Assembly: GCA_963709585.1 (NCBI GenBank)
Contig: CAVPXI010000013.1
Location: 128,001-192,000 of the forward strand
Length of the DNA: 64,000 nucleotides
Reading direction: 5' to 3'
Source: Candidatus Dormiibacterota bacterium
GTDB taxonomy: Bacteria > Chloroflexota > Dormibacteria > Aeolococcales > Aeolococcaceae
Position 1 is the stretch's first letter. Every line of letters begins with the position of its first letter. This document shows positions 41,855-51,430 of the stretch, piece after piece. The notes under the pieces were generated by a model. The model ran no database searches. It worked only from the letters and a program-made list of their open reading frames with translations, and was not told where the DNA came from. The position numbers were made by a program, and so were the translations under genes.

Positions 41855-42403
41855 TCACACGTTCGCGATGCTTGATGCATCGGCGCGCTGTACCTCGACG
41901 GGGCCAGCGGGCGACGTACCACCGATGCGGACCCTGACTGCCAGCTCTGGTTTTGCGAGATGCCTGTAGTCGCCTGCTTCCCAGACGTACCAGCCCCATG
42001 CCTGTGGATCGAGTTCGGCACCGCGACGACCGATGACGACCGCGAGCACACCGGGCGCCTTGATACTGTGGGTTCGGTCGCGGGGCGAAAGCTTCGCCGG
42101 GCTACCCCTACCGTGTGTGTGGCACACACCGAGGAGACTCATCCCGCGCGGCTCAGCCCATCGCGCCACTGTGGCGAAGACCTCTGGCGCAACACGCCAG
42201 TAGAAGGGGTGCTCTTCGACACCCGCGCCGTGGGGGAAGACCACGGCCTGTACAACCGCTCGCTCCGCCCGAGAGCCGAGCCAGAAAACGCCGGCCTCGC
42301 ATCCGACCAAGCCGGCATCTCGCACAGCCGCGAGGGTGGCTTCGACGGCCTCAGCAGGGACGACCCAGGATTCAATGCCTGGATACGGATCGATCTCTGT
42401 CAA
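41855..42403 (-). CDS. JAB/MPN+ metalloisopeptidase (DUB-like)
   Basis: N-terminal E (CEAG) plus HTHG...LSPRD JAMM motif; 4-nt overlap with the upstream gene. Confidence 0.88.
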   Translation of the reverse strand: MTEIDPYPGIESWVVPAEAVEATLAAVRDAGLVGCEAGVFWLGSRAERAVVQAVVFPHGAGVEEHPFYWRVAPEVFATVARWAEPRGMSLLGVCHTHGRGSPAKLSPRDRTHSIKAPGVLAVVIGRRGAELDPQAWGWYVWEAGDYRHLAKPELAVRVRIGGTSPAGPVEVQRADASSIANV

Positions 42404-42735
42404 TCGACCGTACCACCAGGCGTGATCTCTTCGACCAAGTCGAAGTGCAGCTCATGCTGTTCGTCACCATGGCGATCAGCCAACTGGTCCAGTGTCTCCT
42501 CAAGGTTGGTGATCCTCATCCCGCCGATAACGAGGAAGTACCGATACGTGTCTCGCTCCTGCCGGTCGCGGACGCCAAAAAAGGCCATTGCCTCCTCGCG
42601 AACCACTCCCACGTGCGTGGGCGGCGGGTAGGCGTGGTGAAAGGGGCGGGCAGCCGGGAGGTACGACACTTTGGCCTCGATTTCCCGTGGATGCTCGCTC
42701 GGCGTGCTGTTGTCGGTCGGGTTGGTAACGGTCAT
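42400..42735 (-). CDS. Probable ubiquitin-like (beta-grasp) protein precursor
   Basis: 111 aa, GGAGG RBS; beta-beta-alpha-beta pattern (TxVGVVREEAMAFFGV), ends LHFDLVEEITPGG-TVD; first gene of the JAB/E1 operon. Confidence 0.7.
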   Translation of the reverse strand: MTVTNPTDNSTPSEHPREIEAKVSYLPAARPFHHAYPPPTHVGVVREEAMAFFGVRDRQERDTYRYFLVIGGMRITNLEETLDQLADRHGDEQHELHFDLVEEITPGGTVD

Positions 42736-42769
42736 GGTGGCCTCCTCCAACGGCTCTTCGTGGTAGTCT

Positions 42770-42808
42770 TGTTACGGGAAATGGTGTACTGCTGGAAATA
42801 TCGTAACA
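42770..42808. promoter_or_regulatory. Candidate operator inverted repeat between divergent operons
   Basis: TGTTACG-N25-CGTAACA in the AT-richer intergenic gap. Confidence 0.35.
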
Positions 42809-42884
42809 GACGGGGCTGCTCGGTTGCAAACCCCTGGGTCCGAGCGCAAACTGCGTAACTCGAAGCCACCGGAGGAGAGACGCC

Positions 42885-44075
42885 ATGGATGCCCCGTTAG
42901 TCGACGCGCGCACTGAGGCCGGGTACTCGCAGGAGGACGTCGCCGCGGCTCTCGGGGTGAGTCGAGCGATGGTCAGTTATTGGGAATCCGGCAAGCGGGA
43001 GCCCAATGACCGTCAACTCGTCGCACTTGCTCGCCTCTACCGACTGCCCGTTGGCGTGCTGCTTGGGACGGAACCTCTACCTAGTCGGGCGGACGAGGCG
43101 CGAATGCTGTTCCGAGGCGCCGAGAACGAGCTCGCAGGCGAAGCGAAGACCGGAGTGGCCGAGTTTGTCCAGTTTCTGGACAACTACGCCAGGCTGGCCA
43201 AGGCGCTGGGTTTTGAAATCCGCGGATTAGCGCAAAGCCCGTTCCTCATGAGGATCGGATATGAGACGGCCGAAGATGCGCGCCGGAAGGCAGAGGAAGT
43301 CCGAGCGCATTTGCGATTGGCTATGGGACCCATTAGCGACATCGACGCCGTGGCTGAGCTTCTCGGAATAACAGTCTTTCGAGCTGCACTCGGAGAAGAC
43401 CTGACGCACGGACTATCGGGGGCGTTCTTCGCGCACCCCGAGGTCGGATTCTCGATACTCGTAAATCTGCAGATGACGCCGGGCCGCAGACGTTTTACCG
43501 TCGCTCATGAGATAGCACACGCCTTGTTCCATAGTCGTTCCGATAGGTACGTATTGTCACGGCCCGCAGGTGGCGCCAAGGAGCAGTTCGCGGACGCGTT
43601 TGCCGGCGAATTCCTGATGCCGAGTGAGGGTGTTCGCCGGGTCATGGAAGAACAGGGAGTAGGGCCACGCGTCACCGACCCCGCGGTCGTGATCCACCTA
43701 CAGCGCTACTTCAATGTGTCCTACCCGACGGCATTGGTCCGCCTGCTGAAGGCGAAGTTCATCGATCGCGACCATTTTGACCAGTTCAAAGACCTTCGAC
43801 CCGTCCTTTTCGCTCAAGCACTCGGCTATGAGGTTGGGGACGACGAGTTCGGTCAGAAGCCGGAGGAATGGCGACTCCGCAGATACCCTCGTCGCTTCTT
43901 AGCGCTCATTCGGCAGGGCGTCCGGAGCGGGAAGATTTCGGCCGGCTCAGCCGCGAGTCTGGCAGGACTGTCGCTGGACGATGTCGAAGAGCTTTGCATG
44001 GACCAGCAGCAAAGCGTTGCGTCCCGGGAGATCAAGGAATACCAAGACAGCGGTGTCTTTGCCGCCGCCGTTTAG
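42885..44075 (+). CDS. XRE HTH fused to ImmA/IrrE (Peptidase_M78) zinc metallopeptidase
   Basis: SQEDVAAALGVSRAMVSYWESGKREP HTH; RRRFTVAHEIAH HExxH; EQFADAFAGEFLMP. Confidence 0.93.
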   Translation: MDAPLVDARTEAGYSQEDVAAALGVSRAMVSYWESGKREPNDRQLVALARLYRLPVGVLLGTEPLPSRADEARMLFRGAENELAGEAKTGVAEFVQFLDNYARLAKALGFEIRGLAQSPFLMRIGYETAEDARRKAEEVRAHLRLAMGPISDIDAVAELLGITVFRAALGEDLTHGLSGAFFAHPEVGFSILVNLQMTPGRRRFTVAHEIAHALFHSRSDRYVLSRPAGGAKEQFADAFAGEFLMPSEGVRRVMEEQGVGPRVTDPAVVIHLQRYFNVSYPTALVRLLKAKFIDRDHFDQFKDLRPVLFAQALGYEVGDDEFGQKPEEWRLRRYPRRFLALIRQGVRSGKISAGSAASLAGLSLDDVEELCMDQQQSVASREIKEYQDSGVFAAAV

Positions 44076-44718
44076 GACGATCGTTGATACGAACGTCCTG
44101 CGCTATTTCTTGTTCGTCGACCGTACGAGCATTCTGGCAACGGTGCTTGGTCGACCCATGGGGGTTCCGCGGATAGTCTACGATCCGGATGAAGGCGAGC
44201 CCCCCGAGAATGCGATGAGTGAAATACGTCGCAGCATCTTGGTGCAGCGTGAGCGGGGCGATGAGTTGACACGATCCGATGAGGGACGCGCCGAGGCGCG
44301 GCGCAATGCGTCCAGGTTGTCGTCGATCGATGCGCTGCTCGGCAACGGAGACGTCGTCACTGTAGACATGTCACGGGAGGAGCGAGAGCTGTTTGCGGCG
44401 CTGACTGATCACAATCGCGCGGGTGACTTTGGTCTCAAGATCGCGCTTGGGCATGGCGAGGCAGCATGTGTTGCGATTGCAGTCGAGAGGAGTGTCATCC
44501 TCGCCACCAACGATGCGGACGCTTTGACCGCGTACGAGCGGCTTGCACCAACGGGCGCTCACGCGCGAATTCGAGGTGCGCTCAGAGACGCGGCAGAAGG
44601 CGGCCTAATTTCTCGTGCCACCGCAAATGCTACTCATATTGAAATGTCACGTCTCGGGCTGTGGGATATCGAGCTTCCGTTCTCCCTCGGAGAGTTGGAG
44701 GATGATTCCGGCATATGA
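44053..44718 (+). CDS. PIN-like domain protein
   Basis: IVDTNVL, LGHGEAACVAIA, LATNDADA acidic PIN motifs; overlaps the end of the ImmA/IrrE gene. Confidence 0.75.
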   Translation: MSLPPPFRTIVDTNVLRYFLFVDRTSILATVLGRPMGVPRIVYDPDEGEPPENAMSEIRRSILVQRERGDELTRSDEGRAEARRNASRLSSIDALLGNGDVVTVDMSREERELFAALTDHNRAGDFGLKIALGHGEAACVAIAVERSVILATNDADALTAYERLAPTGAHARIRGALRDAAEGGLISRATANATHIEMSRLGLWDIELPFSLGELEDDSGI

Positions 44719-45071
44719 CACGCTGCGTTTGTGTGGACGGTGCGTTTCTTCGCGCGGCTTGCGGCCAGGCGCGGGGCAAGTCGGGTGGGCTGAGGCGTAG
44801 ACGAATAGTTTTGCCGAGAAGTTGGAGGCTCGTTGCAACCGACGATGGTGCAGCGTATGCGTATGCGGCGCAGCGTCTGGGATCGCTTGAGTGTTGTTGA
44901 CACCGTCGAGCTCTTGAGGCGGCTATTGAGTACGTAGGAGGCTCTTGCGTGGCGTGCCGGCCGATCGAACCGGCCAACATCGCTTTCGCCGAGTTACTTG
45001 CGCTCGCCACGCGTCTGCGCGACCAACGCTAGCCTCGGCGATCTCAGCGGCCCGACCGGTGGGACCGGAGG

Positions 45072-45974
45072 CTATTGGTCCATCGACGGTAGGATGGCCA
45101 CGTCAAGTGACGCGCTCCTCGTGGCCGCGCGAGCTCCAAGTCTCGGCGGTATCCAAATGCCCCGGCGTTGCCAGTTTGCGTTGGGGAGCGCGGTCCGTGC
45201 CAGTTCTTCGAACTCGCGGTCGTCGAACGACCGTTGCGGGGGCCATTCGATTTGGTGTAGCCCGGAGGGCCAGATCCGCACCAACCCCGGGGACATGGTC
45301 ATGACCTGGGCATCCGCGGGACGCAGGGTGTGGCCCAGGATGTGGAACGCCACGGTGCCAATGCGCAGCCCAACCCAGTATCGGTGCTCTTCAGCAGCCG
45401 GCTGCAACGAACCGGAACCCTCGACGGAGTAAGCGACGAGGTATGCGAGGCCGACTGACGGTCCTCGGTGCTTGGCCAGCCACACCGTGAGCTGCTCGGG
45501 GAGGACATATGGCCGCAGGTCACGTGCGTTGTAGATAGCGCTGATGTGCTCACGCGGTATGGGCAGCCCAAGTTTGCGGTTCGCGCCCTGGAGCATGATC
45601 GCGGTCTTGGCCGCCCAAAAGCCCAAGGTTCGCAACTCCGCTACGCCGATCGGCAGCGCGATCGGGCCGAGCATGGGCCGCAATATCGGGATGGTGTCGT
45701 CCTCGAGGCGGTGCATCCAGCCCGTGTTGCACTCATGGCACACAATCGGCAAGCGCAAGCGCAGGCTCTGCTTGGTGTCGATGCGAACGCGCTTCGGGTC
45801 GTCGAGAAGCCCTGCCCGGCGTTTCACCACACCGCGTCCGTAGAGCTCCGCGAGGCGCTTGAGCAGCCAACTGGGAATGACATCCTCACGACTGTTGGCT
45901 ATGCCTCCGCACCAAGTGCAGCGCGTTCGCGGCCTCGGCTGTCGCGTTGGCCGCGGCATTGCGCCTTCAGTCAT
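45072..45974 (-). CDS. HNH-like zinc-finger endonuclease with uncharacterised C-terminus
   Basis: CTWCG...SREDVIPSWL...VCHECNTGWMHRLE; usual EH appears as ED. Confidence 0.7.
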   Translation of the reverse strand: MTEGAMPRPTRQPRPRTRCTWCGGIANSREDVIPSWLLKRLAELYGRGVVKRRAGLLDDPKRVRIDTKQSLRLRLPIVCHECNTGWMHRLEDDTIPILRPMLGPIALPIGVAELRTLGFWAAKTAIMLQGANRKLGLPIPREHISAIYNARDLRPYVLPEQLTVWLAKHRGPSVGLAYLVAYSVEGSGSLQPAAEEHRYWVGLRIGTVAFHILGHTLRPADAQVMTMSPGLVRIWPSGLHQIEWPPQRSFDDREFEELARTALPNANWQRRGIWIPPRLGARAATRSASLDVAILPSMDQ

Positions 45975-46185
45975 ATTCGATGTGGCTGACCATGTGCAGA
46001 TGGCGAAATGCGCTGACCATTCCCCCGCCGGTGGTCAGCAGATTTGTCCAGCAGGAGGTCGCGCAGCCGCGTGCATGGCGTCCGAGAAAGGCCGAGTCAC
46101 ACTGAACCGTGTCCGTACCGTCTTCGGGTGATTTGGCAAATGGCATACTTGCAAACTCATCACTAAGAAGAGGGGTATCTAAGTC

Positions 46186-46347
46186 ATGACGGTTGCTGAA
46201 GCCGCAGACGTACTGGGCGTCTCCACCCAGACGATATACAACTACATCTATGCCGGAAAGCTTCGGGCGCGGAGGCCGGCCGAACGCTACATCCTGCGCG
46301 CGCGCGACGTGGCTGCCATCGCGACGAAGCGTAAGGCTCGACGCTAA
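46186..46347 (+). CDS. Excisionase-like HTH_17 DNA-binding protein (53 aa, not in the ORF track)
   Basis: MTVAEAADVLGVSTQTIYNYIYAGKLRARR...YILRARDV; AAGAGGGG RBS; in-frame stop upstream. Confidence 0.8.
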   Translation: MTVAEAADVLGVSTQTIYNYIYAGKLRARRPAERYILRARDVAAIATKRKARR

Positions 46348-46826
46348 CTGGCCTCGAGGCGAGCCCATCACGTTCGCGCCACACCGCCAGGGATCGTTGA
46401 AATGGTCGCGGGCAATGCATCCCCATGATCCAAGACCGTGCGACCCATCACCGGCGCGATCACAAGAAGGCCGAGGAAGGAAATCGAACCCTCCGAAGCT
46501 TCCTCAAAACGATCGGAAGAAGCGCCGTCCGAACTCGAGGGAGCGGCCAGGAAGCCACGTGACGCCGTAGCTGGCCAGAGATATTGGCCCGGTATTGGTC
46601 CAGCGCCACCAAACGCCACTTGGGCGCGGCGTTTGGTGGGCAGGTGAGAGGACACTCGGCTGAACGATGCTCTTGCCCATCGACAGTCTCCGTGCGCACC
46701 CAAGGCGGCAGGCGGCTGGCGGCTTGAGGCTGGGGAGGCCGTGCTAGTCAACTCCGTAGGTCCAGCGTATCCGTCGAGCGGCGCGATGGTCGTATAGGTC
46801 AGCCGAGCCATTGAAGCGGACTCATG

Positions 46827-47588
46827 CTAAACCGGCCGCCGGGCGCGGCCGTCAAGCAGAGCGGCGAAGCGCCGTGCGAACAGGTAGGCGTCGCCGGGCC
46901 ACCGCGCTGAGACATAGTTGCCGTCCTCGACGACGAAGGCGGGCGCATCGTCGTCGAGCGTGCCCCGCCGCGTGTACACCCGCGGTCCGTGCTCGAGCTG
47001 CGCGGGGTCGTCGAGCGCGGCGCGCACCTCATCCTCCACGTACGCCGGATACGTACGGTAGTAGCGGCCGAGGCGCCACGCCGTCAGCAGATACGCAGTG
47101 CGCTCCTGGTACTTGGGCAGGCACGTCGTCCGGCGTTTGGCAAGGACGCTGCGTCCCGTGACTGGGTCGCGGCTACGCGCAAGCACGAGCACGCCGTGGC
47201 AGATGGCGCCGACGGGACGATCGAGCTTCCAGAACTGCACGACCCTTTGCTGGAGTAGGGTCGAGCCGAGGTACTGGCGCATGCCCGTTGCGTGGCCGCC
47301 GGGCAGCAGCAGGCCGTCGTACTGCTGCGGGTCGATTGCATCCCAAGGCATCGGCGAGCTGTACTCCGGCGAGGCGCACATCTCGCCGTGAAACGCGATC
47401 GGCTCAGGCGCGGCGCCGAGCCTGCCGAACACCACGCCGGTGAGCAGCCGCGGATCCGCCGGCGGCGGGGCGCCGCCATGCTCGGTCGCGAAGGTGATCT
47501 CGTAACCTGCACGGGTGAGCAGCCGCCACGGGACTGCCACCTCGGTGACGTCAAAGTCGCGGTCGGGCAGAGGAATCAGGACGTTCAT
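46827..47588 (-). CDS. DJ-1/PfpI (class I GATase-like) protein
   Basis: DFDVTEVAVPW, LLLPGGH, GAICHG, DGNYVSARWPGD. Confidence 0.9.
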   Translation of the reverse strand: MNVLIPLPDRDFDVTEVAVPWRLLTRAGYEITFATEHGGAPPPADPRLLTGVVFGRLGAAPEPIAFHGEMCASPEYSSPMPWDAIDPQQYDGLLLPGGHATGMRQYLGSTLLQQRVVQFWKLDRPVGAICHGVLVLARSRDPVTGRSVLAKRRTTCLPKYQERTAYLLTAWRLGRYYRTYPAYVEDEVRAALDDPAQLEHGPRVYTRRGTLDDDAPAFVVEDGNYVSARWPGDAYLFARRFAALLDGRARRPV

Positions 47589-47668
47589 TCAATTGGTGCG
47601 AGCTCAGGCCGGCTACTGTGAGCCCTTCGACGTTCTCTTTTCTTCGCGGCGGTTCGAATACAAAGATT

Positions 47669-47693
47669 TGGCTGAGGAGCCAGGATTCGAACC
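47669..47693 (-). pseudogene. 3' end of a tRNA, probably tRNA-Gln (att core)
   Basis: Reverse complement GGTTCGAATCCTGGCTCCTCAGCCA: T-loop, acceptor ending A72, discriminator G73 and CCA, typical of tRNA-Gln; no anticodon present to confirm. Confidence 0.7.
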
Positions 47694-47715
47694 GCAGATC
47701 CACGCGGGGTTTTGA

Positions 47716-47947
47716 CCGTCTCAGGCGAAGGGTGGACGTCTGGTGGACGTCTGATGGACGGGGCGGCGGGAGACGGGGGTCTCCCGCGCGAGTACACCGG
47801 CGCGCACGGAATTGATTTCTCTTATCGGTTCGGCGCGGCTGCGTGAGGAGGTAGCTCGCGGGAAGGGAGCGATGCGGCTGCAGTCGCGTTCGGGCGATGA
47901 TCACCGAGCCGGGTTCATCTGACACCGGCCTGGTGAGATAACGCTCG
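47716..47947 (+). repeat. Repeat family B copy 2 (long form)
   Basis: CCGTCTCAGGCG...TGGACG x3, GCGGGAGAC-GGGG-GTCTCCCGC hairpin...TTGATTTCTCTTATCGG...GGTGAGATAACGCTCG. Confidence 0.9.
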
Positions 47948-48080
47948 TGTGGGCGGCCGCCATGGCATCAGGCGGGATACGGCCAACTCAGCCCGAGGCG
48001 AACCAATGCCGCGCCGTAATCCAGACGGTCGGGACTGTGTTTCGCCCAATACAGCTCCGAGGAATTGCTAGGACAAGACA

Positions 48081-48110
48081 AAGCCCCGGCCGACTAATCG
48101 GCCGGGGCTT
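48081..48110 (-). terminator. Intrinsic terminator
   Basis: Perfect 13-bp stem AAGCCCCGGCCGA/TCGGCCGGGGCTT with T-rich tail on the minus strand, downstream of 48196-49197. Confidence 0.7.
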
Positions 48111-48195
48111 CGGTGTCGCTCGGGGACGTTGGTAGTCCTTCAGAATCGTCGGGCCGCGGACCTACCCCGCGACGACCCGGGATCGGTCTCCGGTG

Positions 48196-49197
48196 TCAGG
48201 ACAATGGGATCGTGTTGAACACACCCCACGGGGTGACCGCACCCGCCCCGTTGATGCTCTGCGTCCCGGTGACGCCCGGGATGTAGGCGTCCTTGATAAA
48301 GAGGTACAGGGGCTTGCCTTTGTAGGTCACCTGGCGGGTGCCGTCCGGCCGCACGACGACTCCCAGCGCGTGCTGACTTACGCCCGTCCCGGCTACAGGC
48401 GTTCCGGTGGTGAGGACCGGTGACCAGATCAGGGCACAGTACGTCTCGCAGGCCTGGCCATTCTTGTTACTCAAGGTGTAGACGGGGAAGCTCCCATCCG
48501 GCAGGGCGGAGAAGTCGTCGTCCATCGTTGCCGCCAGCACCGTGCTCCCGCTGACCGTCTCACTCGCCATATGAAGCCGACCCGGCGCGGGATGGCCTCG
48601 ACCTGGCTCCACCAGGTACCAGGTGCCAGCGGGACTGGTCACCGGGTCGAACAGGTTAGCCCCGTCTGTTTCCGCCGCCAACTCGTCCCGGAAGAACCGG
48701 TAGAGCGGCAGACCCGCATAGGTCACCTGCTGCACGCTCTCACCAGAGAGTACGTCGGTGCGGGTCACCGTCCCGAGGAGCTTGTGCTTGACCCCCGGCC
48801 CGGCGATGGGTGCCCCCTTGGTCAGCAGCGCCGGCCAGAGGACGCTGTCGCACGGCTGTCCTGTGGGGTTTGGCCCGTCGCTGCAGGCAAATGCCGCAAG
48901 ACCAAACGTCAGCGACTGGAGCTGGTCAGACGTCAGGAGGTACAGGGAGCACCCGGAAAAGGCGCCCGAACCGACGCTCAGCACCGTGCCAAACTCTGTC
49001 GATTTCGTCGACACAGTCGCACGGCCCGTGGGCGCGCTGGTGACGGGGGTGGTGCAGGAAGGAGCACTCGCTTTGGCGCTCACGGATGAGCTGAACTGCG
49101 GGGCCACGGCAAGGAGGCCCAGGGTGAGCATGGCAACTGCGGGAGGGCCCGCAACAGCCCTTCGGAACCGACGAGACGACATCATCGTGACCTCCAA
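48196..49197 (-). CDS. Secreted protein with Lipoprotein_15-like repeats
   Basis: Signal peptide; two C...WP.L...QVTY.G.PLY.F..D repeats. Confidence 0.85.
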   Translation of the reverse strand: MEVTMMSSRRFRRAVAGPPAVAMLTLGLLAVAPQFSSSVSAKASAPSCTTPVTSAPTGRATVSTKSTEFGTVLSVGSGAFSGCSLYLLTSDQLQSLTFGLAAFACSDGPNPTGQPCDSVLWPALLTKGAPIAGPGVKHKLLGTVTRTDVLSGESVQQVTYAGLPLYRFFRDELAAETDGANLFDPVTSPAGTWYLVEPGRGHPAPGRLHMASETVSGSTVLAATMDDDFSALPDGSFPVYTLSNKNGQACETYCALIWSPVLTTGTPVAGTGVSQHALGVVVRPDGTRQVTYKGKPLYLFIKDAYIPGVTGTQSINGAGAVTPWGVFNTIPLS

Positions 49198-50260
49198 TAC
49201 CCTTCCGATGCTCGGTGATCCGAGCCGTAGTGACGAGAGCTACCTGTCGATGTGGGGTCGGCGACGGTGCGAGAGGAGCCCCTGCCCCACTCTGTAATCC
49301 AGCGCATCACCTCACCTCACTTGTAGAAGCGCGACCATGAGGATCGTTTGCTTTGGTCCCGTGCGCAACAAATTCATGCAGCTCATCTCCTTTTGTGCTG
49401 GCGATTGAACCGGCTACTAGCGTCAGCGCCGCCCCGTACAAGACTTTGGGCACTCGCGGCTGCCTCCGGAAGCCCCCGATCTCGCAGGGCGAGCCACTCA
49501 TGCAACGGAGACAGCGTTCCGGCGCCAATCGCCGCTCGTGAGGTCGCGATGGACTGCGCCGCGGCTTGAATCGATCCTCCGACCGCCGTAAACACAAAGG
49601 CGATCACGGTGCTTACTAGGAAACGCTGCCTCTCAAGCCGCATGAACTCACCTCCTCGCCAGCAGGTGGCCGAGCATGGACCGTTGGAAGCAGGAATGCA
49701 ACCAGAGGCTGGCGGCTCCTTACACTCGACACCCTCGCGACTGCTTCGAGAGACTCACGGGGGCTCGCGGTTCAGATCCTCGACAGCGCCAGCCGTGAGG
49801 CCTCCCGACGTCCGGGTGGCGGCGAACGGCCCAACGACCGCCGTCCGCCGGTGAGAGCCTGGCCGCGCCCAGCCGAGCACTGTCCGGCGAGAGTTCGTAG
49901 CACCCAGGCCGTCGGGCGGCCGCGCCGCTATCAACCGGACGCTGATCATCGCGGCAAGAGCAGCAAGACTCGAGACCGCCCCGAAAACGAATCGTTTCAA
50001 AGCTGGCCTCGAGGGTCTGCCGTCCTCCCTCGAGGAGGCGATAGAGAGATGAGCACTGACCTCCCCCGACCTCGGGCCCGGGATCGACCATAGCCGAGCC
50101 CTTGACATCACGCCCCTCTCCATAGAAAGCGTCGCTCGCCTGCGCGTGGCGGATCTGCCTGAGGAGCGTCGACGAGGTTGTGTGTGGTAGTTGTCCGCGT
50201 TGCGCCAGTAGGTGAAGTCTGGGCGGGCAGCCGATACCGACAGTCATCCGGCCAACGACC

Positions 50261-50372
50261 GGACGCGTCATGGACGTCTGATAGACGGGGCGGCGGGAGA
50301 CGGGGGTCTCCCGCGCGAGTACCACCGGAGCGCACGGAATTGATTTCTCTTATCGCTTCGGTGCGGCTGCGT
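50261..50372 (+). repeat. Repeat family B copy 3
   Basis: GGACGCGTCATGGACGTCTGATAGACGGGGCGGCGGGAGACGGGGGTCTCCCGCGCGAGTACCACC...TTGATTTCTCTTATCG. Confidence 0.88.
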
Positions 50373-50409
50373 AGGTAGGATCCAGCGCCTTCCCGCAGGC
50401 GTAGCGCGC

Positions 50410-50865
50410 TCAGCCGAGATGGCGAAACGGCTCCGGGATGTACCCAGACAAGAGACCGCGCCATTCATCGCTGAGTATGTCGCGGACAACCCGGTCATCA
50501 TTTGCGAGCCAGGCTAAGTGCCGCAGCCCATGCTCCAACACCTGCTGATGGCCGACCGAGACAGGCGCGCTCGTGGCCGCACCGCGTGCAAGGTCGGTGC
50601 GGCCCACGGGTATGCCTCGGAGTCCTGGCGCCTGGCCGTCACGATTCACCACCACAAAGCTGAGAATCACCGAACCGCGCGCGCGACGCCAAGAGGTCGA
50701 GTGCACGAGCAGCGGCGGACCCATGAGGTTGCTGGCCAGCCTGGCGACCACTTCGACGGGATCTTCGTCGGCTCCCACCTCGATGTACCAAGGGTCGGGC
50801 CCGCACGGAGCGGCGAGCTCAGGCACGCCTTCGCGCAAGCGCACCACGAAAACCTCCGCTTGCAC
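50410..50865 (-). CDS. Conserved hypothetical protein (degenerate NUDIX-like fold possible)
   Basis: VHSTSWR and VLEHGLRHLAWL segments; protein-like composition. Confidence 0.6.
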   Translation of the reverse strand: MQAEVFVVRLREGVPELAAPCGPDPWYIEVGADEDPVEVVARLASNLMGPPLLVHSTSWRRARGSVILSFVVVNRDGQAPGLRGIPVGRTDLARGAATSAPVSVGHQQVLEHGLRHLAWLANDDRVVRDILSDEWRGLLSGYIPEPFRHLG

Positions 50866-51096
50866 AGGGCCCTCGTTCGCCCAGGCGGGAGGGGACTGTT
50901 CGGTCAGGCGGGGCGAGCCATCGCGAGCACCTGCTCGGGGGTCACTTCCATGTTGTGGGCGTCGCGTCCGTGCTTTTGAACGGTCGGTACAAGATCGGCT
51001 TCATGCCCTCAGGCTTCAAAGCCGCAATCACAGCGAACGACTAGATCGACGGGCTCGCTCCGTTCGGCCGCCAATTGCACCTCCATCGCGAGCGTA

Positions 51097-51396
51097 TCAC
51101 CACTGGTTCCACCCTGAATCGAGCGACGTAGTCACCTCGGGTGCGCCCTCGAACAGCCTCCCGAAGAAGTCCTGGATTCGCGGGTCACCAGCGAACGCCT
51201 CCGCTTGGTCGGCGCTCTGCCAGACATCGATGCCCAAGAAATCCCGCTCGTCCCCCGGGTTGAGAAGAACTGCATGCGAGATGTCGCCGGCCTGGACGGC
51301 CATGTCGTTTGTAGCCCCGGTGACCTGGTCGTGGACCGCCCGCATGGATTTGATGTCGCCCTTGAGCCGGCCTCGGATCGTGATCGTGACTGCCAT
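51097..51396 (-). CDS. Small dimeric alpha/beta-barrel-like protein
   Basis: GDISHAV...FLGIDVWQSAD...F pattern resembling ABM-like proteins. Confidence 0.6.
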   Translation of the reverse strand: MAVTITIRGRLKGDIKSMRAVHDQVTGATNDMAVQAGDISHAVLLNPGDERDFLGIDVWQSADQAEAFAGDPRIQDFFGRLFEGAPEVTTSLDSGWNQW

Positions 51397-51430
51397 GGGC
51401 TGACCATAGCCCGCTGAGTTTGGAGAAACT

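Noticed and set aside
47766-47787. Family B hairpin as a terminator or IS200/REP end
   Set aside because: No U tract, no consistent position after stop codons and no TnpA/RAYT in the window; not fully excluded
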